Source of the DNA: an uncultured virus (IMG/VR IMGVR_UViG_2061766007_000286) | Taxonomy: Duplodnaviria > Heunggongvirae > Uroviricota > Caudoviricetes | Strand: one strand, 5' to 3' | Length of the DNA: 64,000 bases | Virus record (IMG/VR): IMGVR_UViG_2061766007_000286 | In this document: positions 49,229 to 58,881 of the stretch, one piece after another | How the letters are laid out: each line of letters begins with the position of its first letter | Position numbering within the stretch: position 1 is the first letter of the stretch | Made by a program: the position numbers and the translations under genes | The notes under the pieces: generated by a model | The model's input: only the letters and a program-made list of their open reading frames with translations | What the model was told of the DNA's origin: nothing | Database searches by the model: none

Positions 49229-49651
49229 ATGAAAACGCCCATGGAAGAAACGATAGAACGCAACGTAAACCACCCCTCCCACTACACCGGTCACAAGAGC
49301 GGAATCGAGACCATCGACATAACCAGATGGCTCCCGTTTGACCTAGGAAACGCATGGAAATACCTCATGCGCTACAACATGAAGAACGCGGCCAAGCAGG
49401 ACGTTCTGAAGGCCTGCTGGTACCTGAACGACTATGCCAACAACAGAGTCGCCCCCATCGTCCCCCAGTGCGACGTCGAAACGCTGCTCGAGAACATGGA
49501 TACCGTCATATCCTCCGAAGAAAGTGAAAAGATCCAAGGCGGGCTGTCGCTCATACGCACCATCTGCAAGTTCCCTATGGAACATGTTCCGGGCGATGCG
49601 ATTGCCGACGTGATAAAGTCGCTAACCGAATATGCCAATACGCTCGGATAG
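49229..49651 (+). CDS. DUF3310 (SaV / T7 gp1.7-like) protein
   Basis: VNHPSHYT...IETID...FDLGNAWKYLMR...DVLKACWYL. Confidence 0.85.
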   Translation: MKTPMEETIERNVNHPSHYTGHKSGIETIDITRWLPFDLGNAWKYLMRYNMKNAAKQDVLKACWYLNDYANNRVAPIVPQCDVETLLENMDTVISSEESEKIQGGLSLIRTICKFPMEHVPGDAIADVIKSLTEYANTLG

Positions 49652-49669
49652 ACGAATCGGGCAGGCTCC

Positions 49670-50332
49670 ATGCAACCTCATAGAATAGTTGTTTCCGGGA
49701 TATATTCCGAGGAGACTGGGTTCAAGGAGCTTGCCGATTCGCAGTTCGATTTCATCAAATACCACAAAAACGACATCATCCAAATCCCAAACGAGCCAGG
49801 AACGGCCAGGTGGGAAAGCGGATACGTGTTCGTGTACAAGGTTCTTCCGGACGACTCGTGCTCTGAAGTGTCGGAAATACCATTCTGCAACGACTACATG
49901 ACACATCACTGCGAGAGAAAAAACGCATTCCAGGTGCTTTCGGTCGACTTAGGAACGGGCATTCTCGCGTCGGTTGACATATCGTTCCCGGACTTCGTCA
50001 AAAAATTCAACGAAAGCGTATCGGTCTTCGACAACACGATCTCAATCGACCTGGAAAAACTCGGATCCGAAAACGGCATAAAGGGCGTTCCCGACTACGA
50101 CAAGCTGTACGATGACATAAGGATGACGATATCATCCGATTGCGCCCCCGTCTCAAGGAGCGGAAACAACATACTGATAGACTGCGACGAATTCCGCTCG
50201 TCGGCGGACTTCGATGTCAAGTACACCGAGCACGGCATAATGGCGGAAATGATATTGAACGGAAAGGTCTCGAAAGCGACCGACAACTTTGAAGAACTCT
50301 GTTCCAGACACGGCGTCGAGTTCAGGTTCTAA
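49670..50332 (+). CDS. hypothetical protein
   Basis: 220 aa ORF converging on the radical SAM gene. Confidence 0.6.
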   Translation: MQPHRIVVSGIYSEETGFKELADSQFDFIKYHKNDIIQIPNEPGTARWESGYVFVYKVLPDDSCSEVSEIPFCNDYMTHHCERKNAFQVLSVDLGTGILASVDISFPDFVKKFNESVSVFDNTISIDLEKLGSENGIKGVPDYDKLYDDIRMTISSDCAPVSRSGNNILIDCDEFRSSADFDVKYTEHGIMAEMILNGKVSKATDNFEELCSRHGVEFRF

Positions 50333-51264
50333 GTCTTATCCGGCTCGTCGAAGTTTATCCTGGCTGCCGTCTGCAACGACTGGCACTTCACGGTGCAGCC
50401 ACATGGGCATGGAACCTTCTCGAATCTGCCAGTATATATGTTCCCACACGACACGGCGTATTTGTGACAGTCGAAGACTTCTCCGTTCGATAATATGGCG
50501 AAAAACGAGTCTCCGGGGACAAGGTTGCAATCGAGCAATTTCGACCCGTCCAGGTTCTCCTCCCACGATCTCGGTTTGACCTTCAGACCATACGGCTCGC
50601 CCTTGTATTCGCCCTCGTATCGCGTGGTCTCGTACTCGATTCCTAGACCGTCCAACAGCTTGATGTTGGTCTCGAACGTTCCGTTCTCCACGTGTCGCGG
50701 GTGGACCATATAGTTTACGATGAACTTGGCTTTGGAATCCTTGAACGTTTTGATGGTCTTTTTGAACTCTTTGATTGATCTGTATTCAGGGTGGAAGCCT
50801 ATTCTCCACACAAGTCGGCTGGACGGTATGTCAAGCAGACACGTATGCTTTCCTACCAAGCTCCCGTTCGTGTGCAGGATGACCTTGTTGATCTCGCAGA
50901 GCTCGATTATGAACCTGTCTATGTACGGATATATGAGCGGCTCGCCACCTGAAAATGCGATGACATAATCCTTGAAGTTATTGCGGACATATTCCACGGT
51001 CTTGTCCACGTCAAGGAACTTGTCTCGCATCACCTTCTTCTGGTCCAGCACCCACTTAACATAGTTCTCGCGACCGTATGGCGCTCCAGTGCAATTTGCC
51101 TCGTATATGCCGGAGGGTTCCGGAACGTCGATGAAGTCGATCTCCCCATTCTCCTTCATGTAGATGGGGTTCTTCTCCTTGTTGGACTTGGAGATGCAAT
51201 AGTCGCAAACGAAATTGCAGTTCGCGACTGCTATCAGATCGACAAGGCCTTTTGGTGCTGTCAT
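50329..51264 (-). CDS. radical SAM protein with C-terminal Cys-rich (SPASM/twitch-like) domain
   Basis: CNFVCDYC, FSGGEP, HTNGS, C-terminal GEVFDCH...CGNI...CPCGCTVKC. Confidence 0.85.
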   Translation of the reverse strand: MTAPKGLVDLIAVANCNFVCDYCISKSNKEKNPIYMKENGEIDFIDVPEPSGIYEANCTGAPYGRENYVKWVLDQKKVMRDKFLDVDKTVEYVRNNFKDYVIAFSGGEPLIYPYIDRFIIELCEINKVILHTNGSLVGKHTCLLDIPSSRLVWRIGFHPEYRSIKEFKKTIKTFKDSKAKFIVNYMVHPRHVENGTFETNIKLLDGLGIEYETTRYEGEYKGEPYGLKVKPRSWEENLDGSKLLDCNLVPGDSFFAILSNGEVFDCHKYAVSCGNIYTGRFEKVPCPCGCTVKCQSLQTAARINFDEPDKT

Positions 51265-51273
51265 ATGTCAGAA

Positions 51274-51735
51274 TCACTTACTGGAGTCGAGTCTCCAGAA
51301 TTTAGGCGTGATGTCCTCGTTTTTCTTCAAGTCCCACATTTTCTGATTAGTAGTTCTTTTGTTCAGTGGCCCGAATTCCTTGTTGAACGGACCCGTCTTC
51401 AAGTAATCAAGATTGTCCTTGATTTCCTTTGATACATCATTTAGTCCTGTATATAGAGCTGTCTTCAGTCCAAGAACCTTAACTAGCTTGAGCATTCCAA
51501 TCAGCCACTCCTCTTCCCATTCCCCGCCGTAGAACAGAACACAGGAAATATGAGGAGCGTATTTGCCTATCCAGTTCATCAGGTATTCTTCGTTGAATTC
51601 CTCACCAAGTTCCTTATCCCATAAAAACTTTGAATGACAGTCCGGACAATGAACGGGGCAACCAGTACAGGAAAATGCCAGGGATATTTCACCCGGCACT
51701 TCCTGAAAGACGATTTCAGCATTACAAGATTTCAT
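51274..51735 (-). CDS. nrdG: anaerobic ribonucleotide reductase activating protein
   Basis: VFQEVPGEISLA, GCPVHCPDCHS, GGE, DYLKTGPF, TTNQ; follows nrdD. Confidence 0.92.
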   Translation of the reverse strand: MKSCNAEIVFQEVPGEISLAFSCTGCPVHCPDCHSKFLWDKELGEEFNEEYLMNWIGKYAPHISCVLFYGGEWEEEWLIGMLKLVKVLGLKTALYTGLNDVSKEIKDNLDYLKTGPFNKEFGPLNKRTTNQKMWDLKKNEDITPKFWRLDSSK

Positions 51736-51753
51736 TGTGTCTCCTTAATTGTT

Positions 51754-54700
51754 TTAGTGATAGTATCTCTTGGATGCTTCTATCTGTCGACCCTTCGAGA
51801 AGCTGGAAATCTTCTTGAGATAGCCGATGATTCTGGTAGCATAGGAAATCGAAGTCGAACCGCAGGAGGGACATTTGTCGAGGGTGTGTTTGTCGATGTG
51901 CCCACATGATTCGCAAACGGTTATAGCAACATTGGTGGTCCAGTAGTTGCATCCTTCCTTGGCCGCGATGCACATCATCTTGTAGTATTGTTCGGCATCA
52001 GGATATTCACGAAGATTGAGGTGCAACGCGGAACCGCCGTCTAGGTAGGAAATCATGCTACCGCCATGTAGTCTGAACTTGTCGATCTCATTCAATGTGT
52101 CGTCTTCCACCTTGTAGAAGTAGGAGTTGTAGCAATCGCGAGGAACTTCATATCCGGATTCACGGTCGAACTTGGCATTCTTCACCCCAAGATTCTCGGC
52201 CGGGACGTATTCGGTGTTGAACTTGTATCCATATTTGGTCTTACCGGCCTTGTCGGTGTCGTAGATTACCTTCAGCGCACCCGAGACGAAGTTCTTGTAC
52301 TTCTCGTTGTCGGAGATTTCGAACCCGAGGTATTCGCAACCTTCGACCAGACCGTTGATGCCGGTGGTTAGGAACTGCTTGTCGAGGTCGATGAACCCGG
52401 CGTCGTATACGGGAAGCATTCGGTGGGCCTTGTAGGATTCCATGATCGAACGATAGGAAACCTGATACTTCTGGATTTTCTCGACCTGAACCTGAACCGT
52501 CTTGTAGATTCGGTCCGTCAATTCGTCCATATGTTCCTTCAGCATCGTGTCCTTGTCGATTTCCTTTTCGATCATGTAGGACTTGGATACGTTCTGTATA
52601 AGTCTGTTGAAGTTTATTGTAATGACATTAATCGAACCAGACTTAACACCACCTGCACCGAGCGAATAGGAGAAGTCGTTGTCTGACAGTTCATTGCGAA
52701 GACGGCAGCACGAGCTCAAACTGTCAACGGAACTGGACTCATAAATGAAGAAGCTGTTTCCTTCGGCCAAATCCTGTGCGCGGTCTCTGGCAAACTGTTC
52801 GTCCACTGGCTTATCTTCGTTCACCAACATCGCGGCAGTAACCACGGGGAACGTGAGGAGCGCCTTAGATCTTTCATCGTTGAACCACTTCATGAAGAAG
52901 TTCTGCAATTTCTGGAGAGACTTCCAGGAAGGTTGTGTTCCATCGGGGAAGTAGAAGGTTCCGAAAAGGGAGTCGAAATAGTTCTTGTCGAACAGGGAGA
53001 TGTTCCAGAACGTGGACTGGTAGTTGCGGGCGCCTGCGGGCTGGTTAAGGCAGTAGACCACCTGTTGGAGAAGGTCTGTGATTTCCTGCTTGTTCGTCTT
53101 GAGATAGTTGTCTCCATAGTCCTTCCTGGCGAACCAGTCGAAGTACATCAGGAATTCCACAGTGGCGCAGTTGTGGGTTATGAACCCGCCAGCGTTATAC
53201 CAGTGCGTTTCAGTTTCCAGTTCATATACGTATTCGTCGTCGTTTGCTTCCTTTTCAATCGAAGTGATTACGTCGCACTTGACGAAATCTTCTCTTCTGT
53301 GTTTTTTGTTTGTGGCCACTACGTTGGATTTCACGGTCTTCGAGGCGTTTGGCCCGATATAATACAACTCATCCTGCTCTGTTATATGGAAATCCTTTGA
53401 TTCCCACGCAACCAACGACTCAAAAGTCGGCTTCTTCAGAGTGAGAGAAAGGTACTTGATCAACGACATCGGAATTCCGATTTTAAACAGATCCTTTCTG
53501 TTTTCCCGCTTAGAAGGAATTCTAATTATGTTCTTGTACTTGTTCACGTTCGAAAGGATTTTTTGAACGGTCTCAATCAAACCTTCGTTTGTCAGAGAAA
53601 TGCTGATACTGTGTGACTTTGTGTAACATCCATCAGTAACAAGAAGACCGTCTAGGAAACCCATCTGCCAATCGATGGACTTGTCGGAGACATCCACGTT
53701 TTTGCTATATGTATCGGTGTTTCCCGGAAGCAGCATGCTCTTTATCTGCTTGGAAACGTTGGTAGAGCCGATGTAGTAGCTCCAGCACGTGTTCCCTCGC
53801 TTGTCTAGCGTCCTGGTTTTCTTGTTCGTCAGACCTATTTTTTCCACGGCCTCGTCGAGGAAGTCCATGATGAACTGTTGCTCGTTGTTCACAGAAACAC
53901 GAACTTCTTCATCTCCGATGTTCCCGTCTCCACAAAGAATGCCGATGACCTGACCGGTTATGTAGTCTAGAGAATTCTTGTTTACTAGATACGAGTAGTC
54001 CTTGTTGGCGAATACAGTGTCGCCCACAGCGAGGTTTTCGGCCTTCGTTTCGAACGTCCTGCCCCTGTACAAATGCTTGAACTTGTGGTCTTTCGAGCAT
54101 TTTACGGACAATCCGGTTTTCGTGGTGATGTTGTAGATATCCCCGTCGTATTTTCTTCTGTATACCTTGTTGATCGCGACATTCTTTCCGTCCTCGGCAA
54201 CGAAAAGACCGAGACCGGAAACGTCGGCGTATTCCCATTCACTCCCGTCGGATTCAAAGGAATGGTCCAGCTTGAAACGGGATACGAGTTCCTTCATCGA
54301 GATCGACTTTGTCTTTCCATTTTCGGTCACCAAAATCTTTTGCGATCCATGAAGACATGCACCAGCGAACTGACAGGAAATCGCGTAGATCAAATTAACG
54401 AACGAACCGCAGAACGAATGAAGATGCTTTGGCGCGGCCGATTCACCACCGAGGGGTTTCATGCCGTCGGTGATAAACGGATACATCGAAATGGCAACGC
54501 AATAAGGAGCCAAGCTGGTCTCGTCGTGAGCGTAAATCTCATGTTCTTCCAACTGACGGATATACTCGTCGGCCAGGTCAGTGTCGAACAGCTTTGAAAT
54601 CTTATTGTATAGGATTTTTCTGTTGACTTGGATGTTGATGTCCTTGTTCAACTCACATGCCAGAGATGTCAAGTTCTTTACTGTCACATTAGCATTTGCG

Positions 54701-54804
54701 TCTAATTTCGATCCACTTGCTGGGTTTTCTGCGTGTGTGTAATCCTTGATGTATTCAATTTTGTTTTCAATCTGTTTTTGTGTTAGCTTGACGAATCCTG
54801 ACAT
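51754..54804 (-). CDS. nrdD: class III anaerobic ribonucleoside-triphosphate reductase, intein-containing allele
   Basis: PYCVAI, LTFPVVT, SSCCRL, PAENLG, CESC...CPSC, glycyl radical loop TRIIGYL; no ATP cone. Confidence 0.95.
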   Translation of the reverse strand: MSGFVKLTQKQIENKIEYIKDYTHAENPASGSKLDANANVTVKNLTSLACELNKDINIQVNRKILYNKISKLFDTDLADEYIRQLEEHEIYAHDETSLAPYCVAISMYPFITDGMKPLGGESAAPKHLHSFCGSFVNLIYAISCQFAGACLHGSQKILVTENGKTKSISMKELVSRFKLDHSFESDGSEWEYADVSGLGLFVAEDGKNVAINKVYRRKYDGDIYNITTKTGLSVKCSKDHKFKHLYRGRTFETKAENLAVGDTVFANKDYSYLVNKNSLDYITGQVIGILCGDGNIGDEEVRVSVNNEQQFIMDFLDEAVEKIGLTNKKTRTLDKRGNTCWSYYIGSTNVSKQIKSMLLPGNTDTYSKNVDVSDKSIDWQMGFLDGLLVTDGCYTKSHSISISLTNEGLIETVQKILSNVNKYKNIIRIPSKRENRKDLFKIGIPMSLIKYLSLTLKKPTFESLVAWESKDFHITEQDELYYIGPNASKTVKSNVVATNKKHRREDFVKCDVITSIEKEANDDEYVYELETETHWYNAGGFITHNCATVEFLMYFDWFARKDYGDNYLKTNKQEITDLLQQVVYCLNQPAGARNYQSTFWNISLFDKNYFDSLFGTFYFPDGTQPSWKSLQKLQNFFMKWFNDERSKALLTFPVVTAAMLVNEDKPVDEQFARDRAQDLAEGNSFFIYESSSVDSLSSCCRLRNELSDNDFSYSLGAGGVKSGSINVITINFNRLIQNVSKSYMIEKEIDKDTMLKEHMDELTDRIYKTVQVQVEKIQKYQVSYRSIMESYKAHRMLPVYDAGFIDLDKQFLTTGINGLVEGCEYLGFEISDNEKYKNFVSGALKVIYDTDKAGKTKYGYKFNTEYVPAENLGVKNAKFDRESGYEVPRDCYNSYFYKVEDDTLNEIDKFRLHGGSMISYLDGGSALHLNLREYPDAEQYYKMMCIAAKEGCNYWTTNVAITVCESCGHIDKHTLDKCPSCGSTSISYATRIIGYLKKISSFSKGRQIEASKRYYH
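53170..54357 (-). mobile_element. intein (396 aa) with LAGLIDADG homing endonuclease in nrdD
   Basis: FAGA|CLHGSQ...CSKDHKF, GILCGDG, FLDGLLVTDG, VYELET...ITHN|CAT; absent from the second allele. Confidence 0.93.
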
Positions 54805-54897
54805 ATTTTTCTTTCCTCTTTCCTTCTTGAAGAACTTGTTTTCGTTTTGTTTATACCGCCGAAAAATCTTTTCAAACCCACTTCTGGGCCGCCAAGA

Positions 54898-55026
54898 TTA
54901 TAAACTATTTGTCGGTCTGGCTCCGTTGTACATATCCTCAAAATCTTCAATTTTCAACGCGTCATTTCTCACCATTGTCAGCAAAGCCCTATACACCGAG
55001 CTCACAAACCTATGCGAAGAATCTAT
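54898..55026 (-). repeat. second-allele copy of the glycosyltransferase 3' end (matches 56814..56942)
   Basis: IDSSHRFVSSVYRALLT...RPT(N/I)SL present twice, this copy next to the gap at 55027-55036. Confidence 0.8.
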
Positions 55027-55036
55027 NNNNNNNNNN

Positions 55037-56721
55037 TGATGTTCGTGGTCCAGTAGTTGCAGCCTTCTCTGGCCGCGATGCACATCATCTTGTAGTACTG
55101 TTCGGCGTCTGGGTATTCGCGGAGGTTCAAATGTAGGGCGGAACCACCATCCAGATATCTGGTCATGTCGCCTCCGTGCATCTTGAACTTGTCGATCTCG
55201 TTCAACGACCCGTCTTCTACCTTGTAGAAGTAGCTGTTGTAGCAATCACGAGTCACCTCGTAACCGGCTTCCCTGTCCCACTTGGCGCTCTTCACACCGA
55301 GGTTTTCGGCCGGGACCATCTCGGTGTTGAACCGATACCCGTACTTTGTCTTGCCTGCTTTGTCGGTGTCATAGATCACCTTGAGCAGACCGGACACAAA
55401 CGACTTGTATTCGTCGTTGTTCGATATCTCGATGCCGAGGTATTCACATCCTTCGACGAGACCATTCACGCCGGTGGTAAGGAACTGCTTGTCAAGATCG
55501 ATGAATCCGGCGTCATATACCGGGAGCATCTTGTGAGCCTTGTAGGATTCCATCACCGAACGATATGCAACCTGATACTTCTGTATCTTCTCGACCTGTA
55601 CCTTCACCTCTTCGTTGATGCGCTTGACCAGCTCTTCCTTGTATTCCTTTAGCATGGTCTCCTTGTCGACTTCCTTTTCCGACATGAAGGAGTGCGCGAC
55701 GTTCTGGATTAGGCGGTTGAAGTTGATTGTGATGACATTGATCGACCCGGACTTGACGCCACCGGCGCCGAGAGAGTACGAGAAGTCGTTGTCGGCGAGT
55801 TCGTTGCGGAGTCTGCAGCAAGAGCTGAGGCTGTCGACCGAATCCGATTCGTAGATGAAGAAGCTGTTGCCTTCCGAGAGATCCTTAGCTCTGTCTCTGG
55901 CGAATTGCTCGTCCAGGGGCTTTTCATTGTCGACGACCATCGCGGCCGTTACTACCGGGAACGTGAGAAGCGCCTTGGTGCGCTCTTCGTTGAACCACTG
56001 CATGAAGAAGTTCTGCAGCTTCTGCACAGATTTCCAGGACGGCTGAGTGAAGTCGGGGAAATAGAAATTTCCGAACAGGGAATCGAAATAGTTTTTGTCG
56101 AAGAGCGAAATGTTCCAGAATGTCGACTGGTAGTTTCTTGCACCGGCCGGCTGATTGAGGCAATAGACCACCTGCTGAAGTAGGTCGGTCACTTCCTTCT
56201 TGTTGGTCTTGAGATAATTGTCTCCGAAGTCCTTTCTGGCATAATAGTCGAAATAAGTCAGGAACTCCACTGTGGCCACGGCGCCGGCGAACTGGCAAGC
56301 GATCGCGTAGATGAGGTTGACGAACGAACCGCAGAACGACTGCAGGTGTTNNNNNNNNNNNNNNNNNNNNNNNNTTCATGCCCGATGTCAAGAACGGGTA
56401 CATTGAAATGGCGGTGCAGTACGGCATGAGGCTCGTCTCGTCGTGGGTGTATATCTCATGGTCTTCCAGCTGCCGCAGATACTCGTCGGCGGTGTCAACG
56501 TCAAACAGCTTGGAGATCTTGTTGTAGAGAATTTTTCTGTTTACCTGGATAGCGATGTCCTTGTTCATTTCACATGACATAGACGTCATGTTCTTCATAG
56601 TGACATTCGCATTTGCATCAAGTTTCGCACCTGTCGCGGGGTTTTCCGCATGTGTGTAATCCTTGATGAAATCCAGTTTCTTTTCCAGCTGCTTAGACGT
56701 TAGCTTGACGAATCCTGACAT
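55037..56721 (-). CDS. nrdD: class III ribonucleotide reductase, intein-free allele (gapped, 3' truncated at gap)
   Basis: Colinear with the first copy; reads ACQFAGAVATVEFL across the intein site; internal gap 56351-56374. Confidence 0.85.
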
Positions 56722-56813
56722 ATTTTTCGTACCTCGTTCCTTCTGAAAAACTTGTTTCCGTTTTGTTTATACCGTAGAAAAATCTTCTTGAGACCACCAG
56801 CCCAGGGGTAAAA

Positions 56814-57728
56814 TTATAAACTAATTGTCGGTCTGGCTCCGGTGTACATAGACTCAAAATCTTCAATTTTAAGAGCGTCGTTGCGCATAACAGTCAGCAA
56901 AGCCCTATACACCGAGCTCACAAACCTATGCGAAGAATCTATCCCATACTTCCTGGCAGGACGCGGGTGGTTCTTGTGCCATACACCGGACTTCTCGCCT
57001 GAAATCAACACGACCGGAATGCTGCACAACCTGGCTTCCATGCCCAAAAACGTGTCCTCTCCTCCCCACGTTCCATTGAACTCGGAAGAGAACACTTCAT
57101 CTCTCTCATAATACTTCCTGTTGAAGTGCTTCAACGCGTCTATCGACCTGCGATTGAACGACACGTTGCACGACCACACGACGCTGGACGACTCGAACAA
57201 ATACGATTCCGTCAGCACCTGCGTGTCAAAGTCGAAGAACCTGTATGATTCCAGTGGTTTTGCAAGTTCCCTCTGGTCGTTTCCGTTGTGCTTGTCCTCA
57301 CGGCGTCTTCCAATGAGAATCAATGGCACCGCTCCCTTCAAAAGCCTTCCATGCTCCTCGATAAGACCGGTGTCCGGTATGCAGTCGCCGTCTATGAACA
57401 CGAACCCATTGAGGCCAGGACGCTCGTTTATGGCGATGTCGATGGCCTGGTTTCTGCGGAATCCGGCCAGGAACATCGTCTCTCCTTCGTACGTGTTTGG
57501 GTTTCCCATATAGTCCGGCAGGTCGTCCATGGAAAGTATGCGGTATTCGCCTTTGTACGCCTCCAGAGCCGTCTCTACGGTCTTCTTCTCCAGCACCGTC
57601 GGACGATCCAGGCACACGTAGAAAACGCCAGGGAGCACGGTCTGTGCGTTCACCGCCGCCACCATTTCGTCGATGTATTGCGACTGCCTATACATCAGGA
57701 CAAAAAGTGCGGTTTCGTGGTCGATCAT
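56814..57728 (-). CDS. GT2/GT7C-like glycosyltransferase
   Basis: FVFIDGDCIP, WSCNVSF, FNGTWGGEDTFLG, VWHKNH; start moved to ATG 57728. Confidence 0.8.
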   Translation of the reverse strand: MIDHETALFVLMYRQSQYIDEMVAAVNAQTVLPGVFYVCLDRPTVLEKKTVETALEAYKGEYRILSMDDLPDYMGNPNTYEGETMFLAGFRRNQAIDIAINERPGLNGFVFIDGDCIPDTGLIEEHGRLLKGAVPLILIGRRREDKHNGNDQRELAKPLESYRFFDFDTQVLTESYLFESSSVVWSCNVSFNRRSIDALKHFNRKYYERDEVFSSEFNGTWGGEDTFLGMEARLCSIPVVLISGEKSGVWHKNHPRPARKYGIDSSHRFVSSVYRALLTVMRNDALKIEDFESMYTGARPTISL

Positions 57729-57736
57729 GCATCGAT

Positions 57737-57750
57737 AATATAGTATTTTT
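57737..57750 (-). promoter_or_regulatory. putative early/middle promoter
   Basis: AAAAATACTATATT 8 nt upstream of ATG 57728 (near-leaderless). Confidence 0.55.
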
Positions 57751-57806
57751 GGACACGGACTTGCACCGAAAAACGGCCATTTTGACGATAAAATACAGAG
57801 CAAAAG

Positions 57807-57814
57807 TATAAACT
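57807..57814 (+). promoter_or_regulatory. putative late promoter TATAAACT
   Basis: 29 nt upstream of ATG 57844. Confidence 0.65.
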
Positions 57815-57843
57815 TTATTCAGAAATGTCCCCACGGTCGCAAC

Positions 57844-58756
57844 ATGCAAAATCGCGAAATTGAATTCGTAAAATCTCTTAGAAAAGCCGGTCTCTCCAGT
57901 TCTCTCTGCGAGAGCATCAACGACATAAGAAAGGCGGTTTTCGAGAGCGAGGAAGAAGAACCTTCCAGCAAGAAATACGAACTGACAGATGAAACCAGGA
58001 AAGAAGTGGACGACGACGGTCGTACGCATATCCTACATAGAATCAAAGCCATCGTACCTTTTGGGGAACCAGATACCGATGCATATGTCGCTGCCGGAGA
58101 CCTTGGCGGATGGATCGAATCCGAAGACAACCTCAGCCAGGAAGGAAACTGCTGGGTATATGACGATGCCGTAGTGTACGGGAACGCCTCAGTACGAGGA
58201 GACGCCAACGTGTACGGCGAATCTGAGCTGAGAGACAATGCCCAGGTATATGACACCGCCAACGTCGACCGCACAAAGGTGTCTGGTGACGCAAAGATAT
58301 ACGGAAATGCCTGGGTGTACGGGTTTGACGACGCCATCGGCGTTCAAGTGGTCCGTCGAAAGGGAGAAGGACCCAAGAACGACGAATATGACGATGGTTT
58401 GAACGATGACCACGAACCAGATTATCACATGCCAGTAATATGCGACAACGCCGAGGTATATGGAGATACCGAAGTGAGTGGAAGATGNNNNNNNNNNGGT
58501 GGTCCGTCGAAAGGGAGAAGGACCCGAGAACGACGAATATGACGATGGTTTGAACGACGACCATGAACCAGATTATCACATGCCAGTCATATGCGACAGC
58601 GCCGAGGTATATGGAGATACCGAAGTGAGTGGAAGATGCGAGATATCCGGGAACGCCAAGCTCCACGGAGACTTCATGGTTCCTGAACAGGACATCTCCG
58701 GCGACGTGGAACTGACATCCGACGAAGATCTTGACAGGTACAACCTCACGCACTAA
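57844..58756 (+). CDS. leader + phage hexapeptide-repeat (left-handed beta-helix) protein (split by gap and duplication)
   Basis: KKYELTDE...LHRIKA...GDLGGWIESEDNLSQEGNCWVYDDAVVYGNASVRGDANVYG. Confidence 0.75.
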
Positions 58757-58881
58757 TCACAATCCATAGGAGAACGTCATGAAGAAATCAGAAGAAAAAT
58801 TCCTTGAAGCCCTTGAAAAGGTCGGTCTGTCTAGATCTCTCTGCGAAAGCATCAACGACATCAGAAAGGCGGTTTTCGAGA
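57901..58881 (+). repeat. 46-bp direct repeat (57901-57946 and 58836-58881), 44/46 identical
   Basis: Both copies start 57 nt after their ATG and encode SLCESINDIRKAVFE. Confidence 0.9.

Noticed and set aside
49649..49672. TAG readthrough joining DUF3310 to the next ORF (same frame, 18 nt apart)
   Set aside because: One-in-three chance, the DUF3310 protein looks complete, and there is no other support.
51754..56943. Genuine tandem duplication of nrdD
   Set aside because: The upstream intergenic region and glycosyltransferase tail are duplicated too and the junction is an N-gap, matching the allele pattern elsewhere; not fully excluded without long reads.
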